Below the pieces are notes generated by a model that was not told where the DNA came from, did not search any database, and worked only from the letters and a program-made list of their open reading frames with translations. A stretch of DNA of 52,142 bases, taken from contig CAYLQO010000003.1 of NCBI GenBank assembly GCA_964386425.1, positions 1 to 52,142 on the forward strand, given 5' to 3'. The position numbers and the translations under genes were made by a program. The stretch comes from an uncultured Gammaproteobacteria bacterium (GTDB lineage Bacteria; Patescibacteriota; Patescibacteriia; UBA1558; S5-K13). Of the stretch, positions 34,701-42,632 are shown piece by piece (the first letter of the stretch is position 1; every line of letters starts with the position of its first letter).

Positions 34701-36210
34701 ACAAGCACATGATCAATTGGATCAAAGTATTATCTCTACACAAAATAATATTGCAACAATAGAAGACAAATTGAATGATCCAAATGTTTTAGACAATCCT
34801 GATATAAAAAGTCAGTTTGAAAATGAACTACAGCTTCAAAAAGATTTATTATTACAACAAGAGCAAACAGCAAAAGATTTTGATTTACAGATAGAGAATT
34901 TAGAAAATTTATCACCAAAAACATCTGTACCAGGAACAGAATCAATAGAATTTAATTCTAATGGAATTCCAAAAATTAATAATTATGATGACCTACCAAG
35001 TGTTTTAAAAAATGTTGGTGATGATGTGCCAACTAAAGTTGATATGAATGGTCAGGAAATTTTAATTACAAAAGAATTTGTAAATGGACAGCCAGAGTTT
35101 TATGCAGATATAAATAATGATGGAATACTAGAACAGATTAATCCACAAAATTTTCCTGAAAACATTTCTAGTGCTGTTGAAAATGCACCAACTATTTCAA
35201 CAGGATCCCAAGAACTTGTTGAAAATATAACAAATCGTCCACTTACAACATCCAATATAGATTACCAGGATTTATTAGATGGTGATAAAGATACTATAAA
35301 AGAGTTTATTAAATACGATAGACCTGGTGGATTGTGGAATACAGGCGGTAATAAAGACTTTGGTTATGATATAGATACAATATATTATAATGCAAATTTA
35401 TCACCGGAAGAAAAAATACACATTTTAACTAATATAAAAAATGGTTTAGAAGATACTTCATTAACTAGTAATATTAAAAACGATTCTCTAAGAGATAGTG
35501 TTGAAAGAACACACGAATTATTAAAAACTCAGATAGACCATGATGTATCGTTATTACAACATAAAGATGGAACTCCATTATCAGATATTTCTAATTTGGG
35601 TACGGGGAAAACCACCGATAGAGTAGCAGATGCTTTTAGCAATTTAGATCATGCTGCTAACATAAAAGAAACTTTTTACAATCCAAATATTTCTAGTCAT
35701 GATAAAATTGGTGCAATAGTTTCTCAAATGCAGGACATTCCAGATGGTAAGTCGGCTAGTTTTGAAGATATGGTGTTTACAAAAACCGGTGGTAAAGTAT
35801 TCTATCAAGTAGATAGCAATCATGCCATAGAATTAACTGACAGAAACTTGGATAGAATTATGGACTGGAGACATGAAGCGTTTTCTAAGATTGACTTGTC
35901 AAAGTTAAATCAAACAAAGATTCCAGATTTTAATCTAATTGATGATGTAGATAATGCAGAGAAAGCATTAAATACATTTTTGAGTAATGAGACATATTCT
36001 AATAAAATTGATGCATTAAAAAATGTAATAGACAAGGGTGAACAACTTACAGTTGGTTCGGCTACATTTGCAAGAAAAGGAAATGATTTTTATTATGTTT
36101 TGTCAGATAATAAAGGAATTAAGCTAATCCCAGAAAATATTGATAAAATTAATCAGATGCTTTCAAATGCAAGACAGGAAGTTCTAAGAGATATAGCAGA
36201 AGGAAAATAA
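31774..36210 (+). CDS. Giant (1478 aa) coiled-coil membrane protein, function unknown
   Basis: The first ~480 aa are E/K/Q-rich coiled coil. Gly-rich hydrophobic segment: GGWMFAGALTRTLTMSGIGFIGGLIGAGAIGAM. Second hydrophobic stretch: AIISATAFVAGYGARVLL. The ~750-aa C-region holds two related ~70-aa modules (about 35661-35880 and 35970-36185). No NTPase or enzyme motif was seen. Confidence 0.7.
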   Translation: MGEKIPQQRGEKYIAFIENNNDLENYKIEKLEQIQQEGNAVKQEIQNEIDTLQRLIDGLRTTDENAYSLPLRDLDDLRLLIDRKMEKVKDAINKIISEIPKSQEGTTIETTQENTPLEQSKETKQEEIKFDIKREYNDFIKVDLTTNDENYLKNYLEKGKIILNFIDSLDEQEKEKYKSEYDTVSVIIEDIEKILSKRNEINQTEEDYKQEQIQEEETQENEKNIESKSINDKKMQIFEKLSEFGDFTDGQKHLIIENFLQLKFDIIKEDAQRDFRDDTQEQLSKVKDGKNWLGRQVSKAQKIWVGAKQSFKKEVVIAKTEKNYTKDFLNKELNEEDLKTLQMLAEGVLKSNVDAKVDEKGKLEILYAGNLDKYNLTEEQKKLADDFNHIATEFSQMPYEWSLDTARNNQRREFRKKECEFYDLFHKLNDVFAEFDFENYESNSANILSNVKLNQFLNQNQDIEKQIEKLKNQNVWLKAFKNEFVAKGGWMFAGALTRTLTMSGIGFIGGLIGAGAIGAMRSRDMGKKELTQVDKNARRGIDDSKKRNVVDLESTTNKIFYKRDENGNIEVDENNNPIIDKQIEITTGLVDKMQKLIDKINTEQDDNKKREYARMLQNRIDYTEDKLNAGLINFGDKENRLSNQYRFLEVLNLAKTTAYIAIDPEKTALVSEKLGKLLSITEKEIKQERNAFLLKKAEQGAIISATAFVAGYGARVLLENMGILAHNIDGLDDVSKLIKNGHLTDKDIDAIFSNPKLVKNEDVVNAIINSKKDLTGHIDKLLETYPAARQNTSFLENLRDNLTTSKSDKGYLNKLIENNLTQQNVVPSGKGVLENLDLSNMNANQIHELASQGTSVSHGGSVSETLDIGMTQGSKMTLITFDESGNPVVHENFDANVILEGAKIIKQGNKIFAIDEKNSYESFYKYYADHPEEIMKHIKLKGHTVEDVVKIPRVQEPDVVQNMPGVGATDNFDQLSQAHDQLDQSIISTQNNIATIEDKLNDPNVLDNPDIKSQFENELQLQKDLLLQQEQTAKDFDLQIENLENLSPKTSVPGTESIEFNSNGIPKINNYDDLPSVLKNVGDDVPTKVDMNGQEILITKEFVNGQPEFYADINNDGILEQINPQNFPENISSAVENAPTISTGSQELVENITNRPLTTSNIDYQDLLDGDKDTIKEFIKYDRPGGLWNTGGNKDFGYDIDTIYYNANLSPEEKIHILTNIKNGLEDTSLTSNIKNDSLRDSVERTHELLKTQIDHDVSLLQHKDGTPLSDISNLGTGKTTDRVADAFSNLDHAANIKETFYNPNISSHDKIGAIVSQMQDIPDGKSASFEDMVFTKTGGKVFYQVDSNHAIELTDRNLDRIMDWRHEAFSKIDLSKLNQTKIPDFNLIDDVDNAEKALNTFLSNETYSNKIDALKNVIDKGEQLTVGSATFARKGNDFYYVLSDNKGIKLIPENIDKINQMLSNARQEVLRDIAEGK

Positions 36211-36225
36211 TAATAAGTTTTTTTG

Positions 36226-36258
36226 AAAAGACGTCGTATTCATACGGCGTCTTTTTTT
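36226..36258 (+). terminator. Rho-independent terminator of the giant ORF
   Basis: gacgtcgta-ttca-tacggcgtc (one G-U pair) followed by T7. Confidence 0.8.
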
Positions 36259-36332
36259 ATGTTGATAAAGCATCTTTTTATTTTTAATTTTTAGATGTAT
36301 CTTAAAGTTATAATAAAAATTGATAAAAATTT

Positions 36333-36863
36333 ATGTGGAAAAAAATTTTAATTATTATTGCAATATTATTATTTATATCCCTTATTGTGTATATTGCAGT
36401 AATTGATTATAAAAATCAAAATAATGTAGAGAGTAATAATTTAGAACACAAAAAAGAAGTACAAAAACCACAATCAGAAAATTGCATTGGTACAATTGAG
36501 GGAGAATTCATGTTTCCATCATCAATGATTCCAACGGGTTCTGTGGTTTGTGCAAAAAATTTAGAAACAAACAATTATTATTGTACACCTAATCAAATTG
36601 TTGATTTAAAATATAGAAATAAAAAAGGTTACAAATTAGAAGTTCCAAGTGGTACGTATGTTGTTAGTGGAATTTTTCCATTTTTTGATGACCCAAATAC
36701 AAATTTACCATTTGAATATAAATATACTGGAGAGAGCTGTGATATTGAAAGCTGTGTAGATGTAAACACATCAATTAGTGTTGATTGTGAGACTATTTCA
36801 GATATTGATTTATCTCAGTATGGTGTATTAAATATTTTTGATATATTTTTTCATAAAAAATAA
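36333..36863 (+). CDS. Membrane-anchored Cys-containing hypothetical protein (carboxypeptidase-regulatory-like beta-sandwich suspected)
   Basis: N-terminal TM ILIIIAILLFISLIVYIAVI. The ectodomain has GTIEGEF...VPSGTYVVSG. A TATAAT lies at 36309-36314. Confidence 0.55.
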   Translation: MWKKILIIIAILLFISLIVYIAVIDYKNQNNVESNNLEHKKEVQKPQSENCIGTIEGEFMFPSSMIPTGSVVCAKNLETNNYYCTPNQIVDLKYRNKKGYKLEVPSGTYVVSGIFPFFDDPNTNLPFEYKYTGESCDIESCVDVNTSISVDCETISDIDLSQYGVLNIFDIFFHKK

Positions 36864-36958
36864 TGTAGATTAAAAATTAAATAAAAGCGAGGAAAAGCGA
36901 TTTATTAATTCTTGTTAATTTTAACAAGAGAATGTGTTTTTTAATTTCAAAATCAGGG

Positions 36959-37004
36959 TCGCCAAATTTAAATCTGATTTATTAGATTTTTTGGCGATTT
37001 TTTT
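36959..37004 (+). terminator. Strong hairpin + T7 (intrinsic terminator) upstream of the M23 gene
   Basis: tcgccaaa-ttt-aaatct ... agattt-tttggcga followed by ttttttt. A weaker hairpin (tcttgttaa/ttaacaaga) lies at 36910-36929. Confidence 0.7.
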
Positions 37005-37053
37005 ATTCATAAAATATTGTTAAAGAAAATGAGAAATTTTCATAGGAGGAAAA

Positions 37054-39642
37054 ATGAAAGCTCTCATTCTAGCTCTCGTAATAATCACAATGTGTTGTGG
37101 TTATGTATTTGGTGTGGATCATATATTCACACTTCCGATTCAGGGAAATTTCACAATTACTTCTGGTTGGCAATATCCACCTAATTATGGTAATGGCTAT
37201 AATTATGGAATTGATTATTCTGCCATAGAAGGAACCAAAATTCTTGCAGCCTATGGTGGACAAGTTGTCGAAGTTCAAGAAAGTATTCCCGATGGAACGG
37301 GAACAGACTATGGAAATTACATTGTAATTAATCATGGAAATGGTCACAGAACAAAATATGCGCATATGTTATATAACAGCGCAAATGTTTCTGTGGGAGA
37401 ATGTGTTTATCAAGGTAAATTTATTGGTAGAGTTGGTGATACGGGAAATTCTACTGGACCACATCTTCATTTTGAGGACTGGTATAATGATATGCGAATT
37501 GATACTTATGGTTGGTATAGTAATGATGTCTTACTATATCAAAACGGTTGCAATCCAAATGAATATTATTTTGTTTCTAATCCACCAACTCTTCCTGGTG
37601 TAGCAATGTCACAATCAAGAATTCTTCCGGATGATTTATTGGTTCATTTAACTGGAACTGGTAATTACTACTTAATACAAGATGGTGTTATGAAGCAATT
37701 TCCAAGTGAAACCCCATTCTATACATGGGGATTTGATTGGAGTCATGCAGTTTCAATAACCCAGGAGGAATTCAATTCATTTTCAACAGGACAAAATGTT
37801 AATCCAAAAGTAGGAACTTGTGTTTATGATGAGAATTCTCAAAGATGGGTATTTGATTACACTTCAAATAATTCAACCGTGATTGTAAAAAGAAGAGTGA
37901 ATAACTGGCAACAATTAGGATACTCTGTTGATGTTTGGATTCCAACAACAAGTTCATATTTATCCCAATTTGCAGAAGGATCCGAACTTATATCTTCAAG
38001 TGATTATCCATATGGAACAGTACTTCGATCTGCAAATAACATGAATGAACGATATGTCATTAAACGTGGAGTTGAGGTTTCTTCTTCTTATACAGGACAA
38101 AAGGTTCTATTGCGATTGCTTTCTGATAATGTTTATGCAATTAATTATTATCATCCAAATTTTAATATCATAGCCACTCAAGCGGTTTTAAATTATTATC
38201 AAATAGCACCATTTGTGAGTTATGAAAAAATTATGGATGGAAAATTAATTTCAGGATCTGGTCCAGCATGTTATTACATAGAAAATGGATTGCGTCGTCT
38301 TATTACAGATGAAGTAACTTTTAACACATATGGATTTAATTTTGCTAATGTTTATGAAGTAACAGATAGTGATGTAAATTCATTTCAATCAGGAGATAAT
38401 ATTCAGTATTTTGCAGGTGGTGGAACAGAAAATTATCAAGGTGGAGTCCTTGAAGATGGCGGATTTGATTCCGGAACCTGTAATTATTGGCTTTTTAATG
38501 ATAGTAGAGATAATGCGAGTTTTGATATGACAACTGGTGATTGTATTGATGGACTTTTTAAAGCAGAAATTGATATTGGTGATTCAGGAATGTTTTACGA
38601 AGAAGAATTAATGCAACTTGTATCAGTTCAAGCCGGAAGAACGTATAATTTATCTTTCTATGCAAAAGCCAGTCCAATATCAGGAATAAAAGTTTGTCTT
38701 CAAAACAATAGTGATCCGTGGAATAATTACGGTTTATGGAAAGAAATAAATCTTAGTTCCATGTGGACAAAATATCAATATATTTTTCAGGCAAATGTGA
38801 CTGATGAATTGGCGCGTCTTGATTTCATGCTTGGCGAGTGCGCTGGATATAAATATTTTGATAATATTGTCTTTGAGGAAGTGACAAACATTATACCACC
38901 AGAAAATAATTTCATTGCAAATTCTGATTTTGAATTAGGACATTTTGCTCCTTTTTCAGTGGGAGATTTAAATTCCACAGCAAGTTATTATGTGGATGAA
39001 TCTGTTTACCACGATGGAACTTATTCAATGTTTATTGATCCAAACCAAAATGGTTTGCACTATGAAGTTCAACTTTATCAGAATGTTGATATTTCTTCTA
39101 GTACACAATATACTTTGTCTTTTTGGGCAAAGGCACAATCTCAAAGAGATATTCAGGTAGAGCTTTATAATGATAATTCTCCATGGAATAATTTTGGCCT
39201 TTGGCAAGTTGTAAATGTTACTACTCAGTGGCAGAATTATTCTGTAAATTTCACAGCCACAAGTTCTGGTACAGCACGTATTTCCTGGAATTTGGGAGAA
39301 CAGGATATCCAAATATGGTTTGATGATATAAGCTTGTCCTTAACTCAACAATCATTTGTAAATGTATTTGATAATAAATTCAAAATATATCCCAATCCAT
39401 TTAATTCAATTGCAAGTATTAGTTTTGAAACAGAAAAGGATTCGGATGTTGAAGTTCATATTTACAATGTAAAAGGACAGCTTGTTCGCACTCTAATCTC
39501 TTCTAAATTAAAGTCAGGTAAAAACACAATAAACTGGGATTCGAAAGACAATTCTGGAAATATTTGTTCAAGTGGTGTATATATATGCCGTATAAAAACA
39601 AATGATTTCTCAGTAAGTAAAAAAATAATTTTCAGTAAATGA
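37054..39642 (+). CDS. Secreted M23 metallopeptidase with three wall-binding-like modules, two CBM4/9/22-like modules and a T9SS-type (Por secretion tail / FlgD-Ig-like) C-terminal domain
   Basis: Signal peptide MKALILALVIITMCCGYVFG. M23 motifs GIDYSA, GNYIVINHGNGHRTKYAHM and TGPHLHFE. C-terminus IYPNPFNSIASISFETEKDSDVEVHIYNVKGQLVRTLIS...GKNTINWDSKDNSGN..SSGVYICRIK. A canonical SD (taGGAGGaaaaATG) precedes the start. Confidence 0.85.
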   Translation: MKALILALVIITMCCGYVFGVDHIFTLPIQGNFTITSGWQYPPNYGNGYNYGIDYSAIEGTKILAAYGGQVVEVQESIPDGTGTDYGNYIVINHGNGHRTKYAHMLYNSANVSVGECVYQGKFIGRVGDTGNSTGPHLHFEDWYNDMRIDTYGWYSNDVLLYQNGCNPNEYYFVSNPPTLPGVAMSQSRILPDDLLVHLTGTGNYYLIQDGVMKQFPSETPFYTWGFDWSHAVSITQEEFNSFSTGQNVNPKVGTCVYDENSQRWVFDYTSNNSTVIVKRRVNNWQQLGYSVDVWIPTTSSYLSQFAEGSELISSSDYPYGTVLRSANNMNERYVIKRGVEVSSSYTGQKVLLRLLSDNVYAINYYHPNFNIIATQAVLNYYQIAPFVSYEKIMDGKLISGSGPACYYIENGLRRLITDEVTFNTYGFNFANVYEVTDSDVNSFQSGDNIQYFAGGGTENYQGGVLEDGGFDSGTCNYWLFNDSRDNASFDMTTGDCIDGLFKAEIDIGDSGMFYEEELMQLVSVQAGRTYNLSFYAKASPISGIKVCLQNNSDPWNNYGLWKEINLSSMWTKYQYIFQANVTDELARLDFMLGECAGYKYFDNIVFEEVTNIIPPENNFIANSDFELGHFAPFSVGDLNSTASYYVDESVYHDGTYSMFIDPNQNGLHYEVQLYQNVDISSSTQYTLSFWAKAQSQRDIQVELYNDNSPWNNFGLWQVVNVTTQWQNYSVNFTATSSGTARISWNLGEQDIQIWFDDISLSLTQQSFVNVFDNKFKIYPNPFNSIASISFETEKDSDVEVHIYNVKGQLVRTLISSKLKSGKNTINWDSKDNSGNICSSGVYICRIKTNDFSVSKKIIFSK

Positions 39643-39648
39643 AAATTC

Positions 39649-39688
39649 GAGCTCTCTGAATATAATTTTCAGGGAGCTTTTTCTTTTT
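39649..39688 (+). terminator. Rho-independent terminator of the M23 gene
   Basis: agctctctgaa-tataatt-ttcagggagct (11 bp, one G-U pair) followed by tttttcttttt. Confidence 0.8.
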
Positions 39689-39690
39689 CT

Positions 39691-39744
39691 CGCCCTGCCC
39701 GTATGGGTTTTGCAATGCAACACCCGTACATTTTGGGCAGGGCG
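39691..39744 (+). other. GC-rich 54-nt extended hairpin (orphan structured element)
   Basis: The outer stem is a perfect 10 bp, cgccctgccc/gggcagggcg. The inner stem is 8 bp, gtatgggt/acccgtac, with one G-U pair. The apex is ttgcaatgcaa. Confidence 0.5.
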
Positions 39745-39825
39745 GGAAATAGATGTATTTTCTATAAATTATTGATATAATTAAATCATGATAATTAACC
39801 CCGTAAATGAACTAAATATAAATTT

Positions 39826-40362
39826 ATGAAAAAAATTATACAAAAATTATTTTGGCTCATTGCTTTTATTGTAGTAAGTTTTATTTTTCAATTTACAGAT
39901 GTTAATTTTGATTCTGAAAATATTTCACATGTTTTGATTTTATGTGTTGTATTTACAGGCGGTGTTATTTGGGTATTGATAGCTTTAAATAAAAAAGAAA
40001 TTCCCAACGAAATCAAATCACCAGAAAAATATGTAAACCTTGGAACTGGGATTGACTGGTTTAAACAATATGAAGAAAGCAAAAAACAAACACTAAGTGA
40101 TTTTTTTAATCTTCGCAAAGAAAATAAGATTAAAATAAAGGCGGTAATTTCAAAAACAGGTTTTTATCAAACAAAAGAGGGTAAACGTTGGACTGTTATT
40201 GCCAAATATTTTCAACATTTTAATAAAAATGATAAAAAAGAATATACTTTTTATTGTCCGGGATTTGATTATGACCCAATTAATGATTTTCAAGAAGGGG
40301 ACTCAATTACTGTATGGGTAGATAAAAATGACTATTCTAAATATGATATAAAAGCTTATTAA
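39826..40362 (+). CDS. Two-TM hypothetical protein with small C-terminal beta domain (DUF3592-like)
   Basis: TM helices LFWLIAFIVVSFIF and VLILCVVFTGGVIWVLIAL, then ...YTFYCPGFDYDPINDFQEGDSITVWVDKND. Confidence 0.5.
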   Translation: MKKIIQKLFWLIAFIVVSFIFQFTDVNFDSENISHVLILCVVFTGGVIWVLIALNKKEIPNEIKSPEKYVNLGTGIDWFKQYEESKKQTLSDFFNLRKENKIKIKAVISKTGFYQTKEGKRWTVIAKYFQHFNKNDKKEYTFYCPGFDYDPINDFQEGDSITVWVDKNDYSKYDIKAY

Positions 40363-40373
40363 TAAAACATATT

Positions 40374-41270
40374 ATGAAAAACAAAATTTTAATCATTTTC
40401 CTATTTATTTTCACAGTTGCAATACCTGCGAATTGTTTTGCTTTAGAGAAAAAAGAAAATTATATTGACTTTACCTCTTGGTATAAGGAAAAAACAGGAA
40501 AAGATATTCCATTTCAATCAGCTTCTGTTATTGAGTACGAAACACTAAACCCACTTTATTATCACAGAGAAGAATTACAAATACAGAGCGCAAGTTTAAT
40601 GAAACTAATAACTGCAAGTGAATTTGTAAAACATTTTCCACTTTGGAATAAAACTTATAATTTAACTTGGCAAGATAGTGAGGGAGATCTTCGTGGATTT
40701 GTAGGGCCTAAAGATTCTTTTGTAACTCTAAAATTAAAATCAACTGAAAGAATAAAAATAAAAGATATTTTTGCAAGCACACTAATAGCTTCAGCAAATA
40801 ATTGTGCAAATAAATTATCAAAAATTACAGAAATTTCAAAAACTCAATTTTTAGAAAATATGAGAAAATTAGCAAGTGATTGGGGACTTACAAAAACCAT
40901 TGTTGATGATCCATCGGGACTTTCTATGAAAAATTTAACAAGCGCAAGAGACATGGCGATAATATCGTGTCATGCTTTTAGTAATGAAACAATTTCTGAA
41001 TATGCAAAAAAACCACAATATACTTTTACAACAAGAGAGGGAAGACAAATAAATTTAAAGCATACTGTATATGATTTGAGAAATAATCCTCAAAATTATT
41101 TTGGTGCAAAAACTGGATTTTTAAATGAAACAAGATTTCATGTCACAGCAGGATATATTACACCAATGAAGAAAAAACTTTGTGTTGCAGTTTTGTCGGT
41201 TGATAAAAGAAATGATTGTGAAGATGCAATTGTGAAGATGGGCGAGTGGGTTGATGAAATGTACAAATAA
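40374..41270 (+). CDS. D-alanyl-D-alanine carboxypeptidase (S11 / PBP5-like)
   Basis: SxxK (SASLMK), SxN (IASANN) and KTG (AKTGF) motifs, with a signal peptide. Confidence 0.8.
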   Translation: MKNKILIIFLFIFTVAIPANCFALEKKENYIDFTSWYKEKTGKDIPFQSASVIEYETLNPLYYHREELQIQSASLMKLITASEFVKHFPLWNKTYNLTWQDSEGDLRGFVGPKDSFVTLKLKSTERIKIKDIFASTLIASANNCANKLSKITEISKTQFLENMRKLASDWGLTKTIVDDPSGLSMKNLTSARDMAIISCHAFSNETISEYAKKPQYTFTTREGRQINLKHTVYDLRNNPQNYFGAKTGFLNETRFHVTAGYITPMKKKLCVAVLSVDKRNDCEDAIVKMGEWVDEMYK

Positions 41271-41275
41271 TTTGT

Positions 41276-41342
41276 TCCATTTGCCATTAGCTAAGGCCGA
41301 ATGGAAATAAAAAAATAGTGTTTTTTCAAAAATACTATTTTT
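41276..41342. terminator. Two hairpins between convergent genes (putative bidirectional termination region)
   Basis: tccatttgcc...ggccgaatgga and aaaaatagt...actattttt, flanked by A- and T-runs. Confidence 0.45.
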
Positions 41343-41350
41343 ATTTCATG

Positions 41351-42631
41351 CTAATTCTTATTTCGTAGAGCTACTATTGGATCAAGTTCTGCGGCTTTTT
41401 TTGCAGGGAAAACTCCAAATATTAAACCAGAAGAAACTGCAAAAATTAAAGATACAAAAAGAGCATAAATTGGCATTTTAAAGCTCCAGGAGAGTCCATA
41501 AGCATTTGCTCCCCAAGTTATTAGTAATGATAGTAAAATACCCAAAATAATGCCTAAAATTGCCCCCAGAATTGATATTATTACTGCTTCCATGAGAAAT
41601 TGCCACATAATATCTTTGTATTTTGCACCAATTGCTTTTCTAAGCCCAATTTCAAATGTTCTCTCACTTACAACAACATACATTATATTCATAATTCCTA
41701 CACCACCCACAACAAGAGAAACCATTACAATTGCAAGAAGTAGGGCGGTGATATATTTTGTAATATCATTTGCTGTTTTCATCATTTCTTCCATTGTCAC
41801 AACAGCAAAATCATCTACGCCCGCTATGTCAAGAGGATTATCTATATCATGATTTTCTCTTAAAATAATTTTCATTTCTTTTGCTGTAGTATCTGCAATT
41901 TCTGGATTTTTTAATTTGTGTATAGCATACATTAAATAATCTATTCCCATAACTTTTTTCTGAAGAGTTTGTACAGGAAGATATATATAACTATCAAAAT
42001 CCATTCCCATAACAGCTCCTTTTTCTTTCATTGTACCTATGACTCTGTATTTTGATTTTCCTAAATTTATGTAATTTCCTATTGCATCCGAATCACCGAA
42101 CAAAGTTTCTTTCATTTTTGATCCAAGTACAACAACTTTTGCAAGTGACTCATCTTCTGCATCAGTAAAAAATCTACCTTCATCTATTTCGCTTTTATCA
42201 ATATTTATAAAATCAGCACCAACCCCCCAGAGAGATGCTTTTTTTCTTTTATTTCCATAAGTTGCAAGTTCCTGACCCATTAGAGAACCATAACCGCCAT
42301 CTATATTTGATAATTTATTTATGTCTCCTACATCTTTTAATGTTAATGTTGTTATCTGAACACCTTGAGCCATACTCATTGCTGATTGAGTGTTTGCTTC
42401 TGCACCTACTTTGTTTTTTCCTACTGGAACTCTTATTTCAGTTTCAATAACATCTGTGCCAAAAGCTTCAATTTGTTTTACAATTAAATCTTTAATACCC
42501 TCTCCAGCTGAAAAAACAACAACAATGCTCATCACCCCAATTACCATACCTAAAACAGTTAGAAGCGTTCTTCCTTTATTTGCTTTCATTGATTGAATAG
42601 CTAATTTTATTGAATTTTTTATTTCTATCAT
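41351..42631 (-). CDS. MacB/FtsX-type ABC permease (second of two)
   Basis: Start preferred at ATG 42631 (MIEIKNSIKLAIQSMKANKGRTLLTVLGMVIGV), 1 nt after the upstream stop, rather than the track start 42697. C-terminal FtsX motif: GVGIMNIMYVVVSERTFEIGLRKAIGAK. Confidence 0.8.
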   Translation of the reverse strand: MIEIKNSIKLAIQSMKANKGRTLLTVLGMVIGVMSIVVVFSAGEGIKDLIVKQIEAFGTDVIETEIRVPVGKNKVGAEANTQSAMSMAQGVQITTLTLKDVGDINKLSNIDGGYGSLMGQELATYGNKRKKASLWGVGADFINIDKSEIDEGRFFTDAEDESLAKVVVLGSKMKETLFGDSDAIGNYINLGKSKYRVIGTMKEKGAVMGMDFDSYIYLPVQTLQKKVMGIDYLMYAIHKLKNPEIADTTAKEMKIILRENHDIDNPLDIAGVDDFAVVTMEEMMKTANDITKYITALLLAIVMVSLVVGGVGIMNIMYVVVSERTFEIGLRKAIGAKYKDIMWQFLMEAVIISILGAILGIILGILLSLLITWGANAYGLSWSFKMPIYALFVSLIFAVSSGLIFGVFPAKKAAELDPIVALRNKN

Positions 42632-42632
42632 A

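Noticed and set aside
36864-37053. Riboswitch or attenuator upstream of the M23 peptidase, given two hairpins, one with a T7 tract, and alternative aaatcag/ctgattt pairing. Cell-wall hydrolases are often under c-di-AMP (ydaO) riboswitch control.
   Set aside because: No conserved ydaO-type or other riboswitch core sequence is recognisable. The hairpins are more simply tandem terminators of the upstream 36333 gene. An Rfam scan would be needed to revive the idea.
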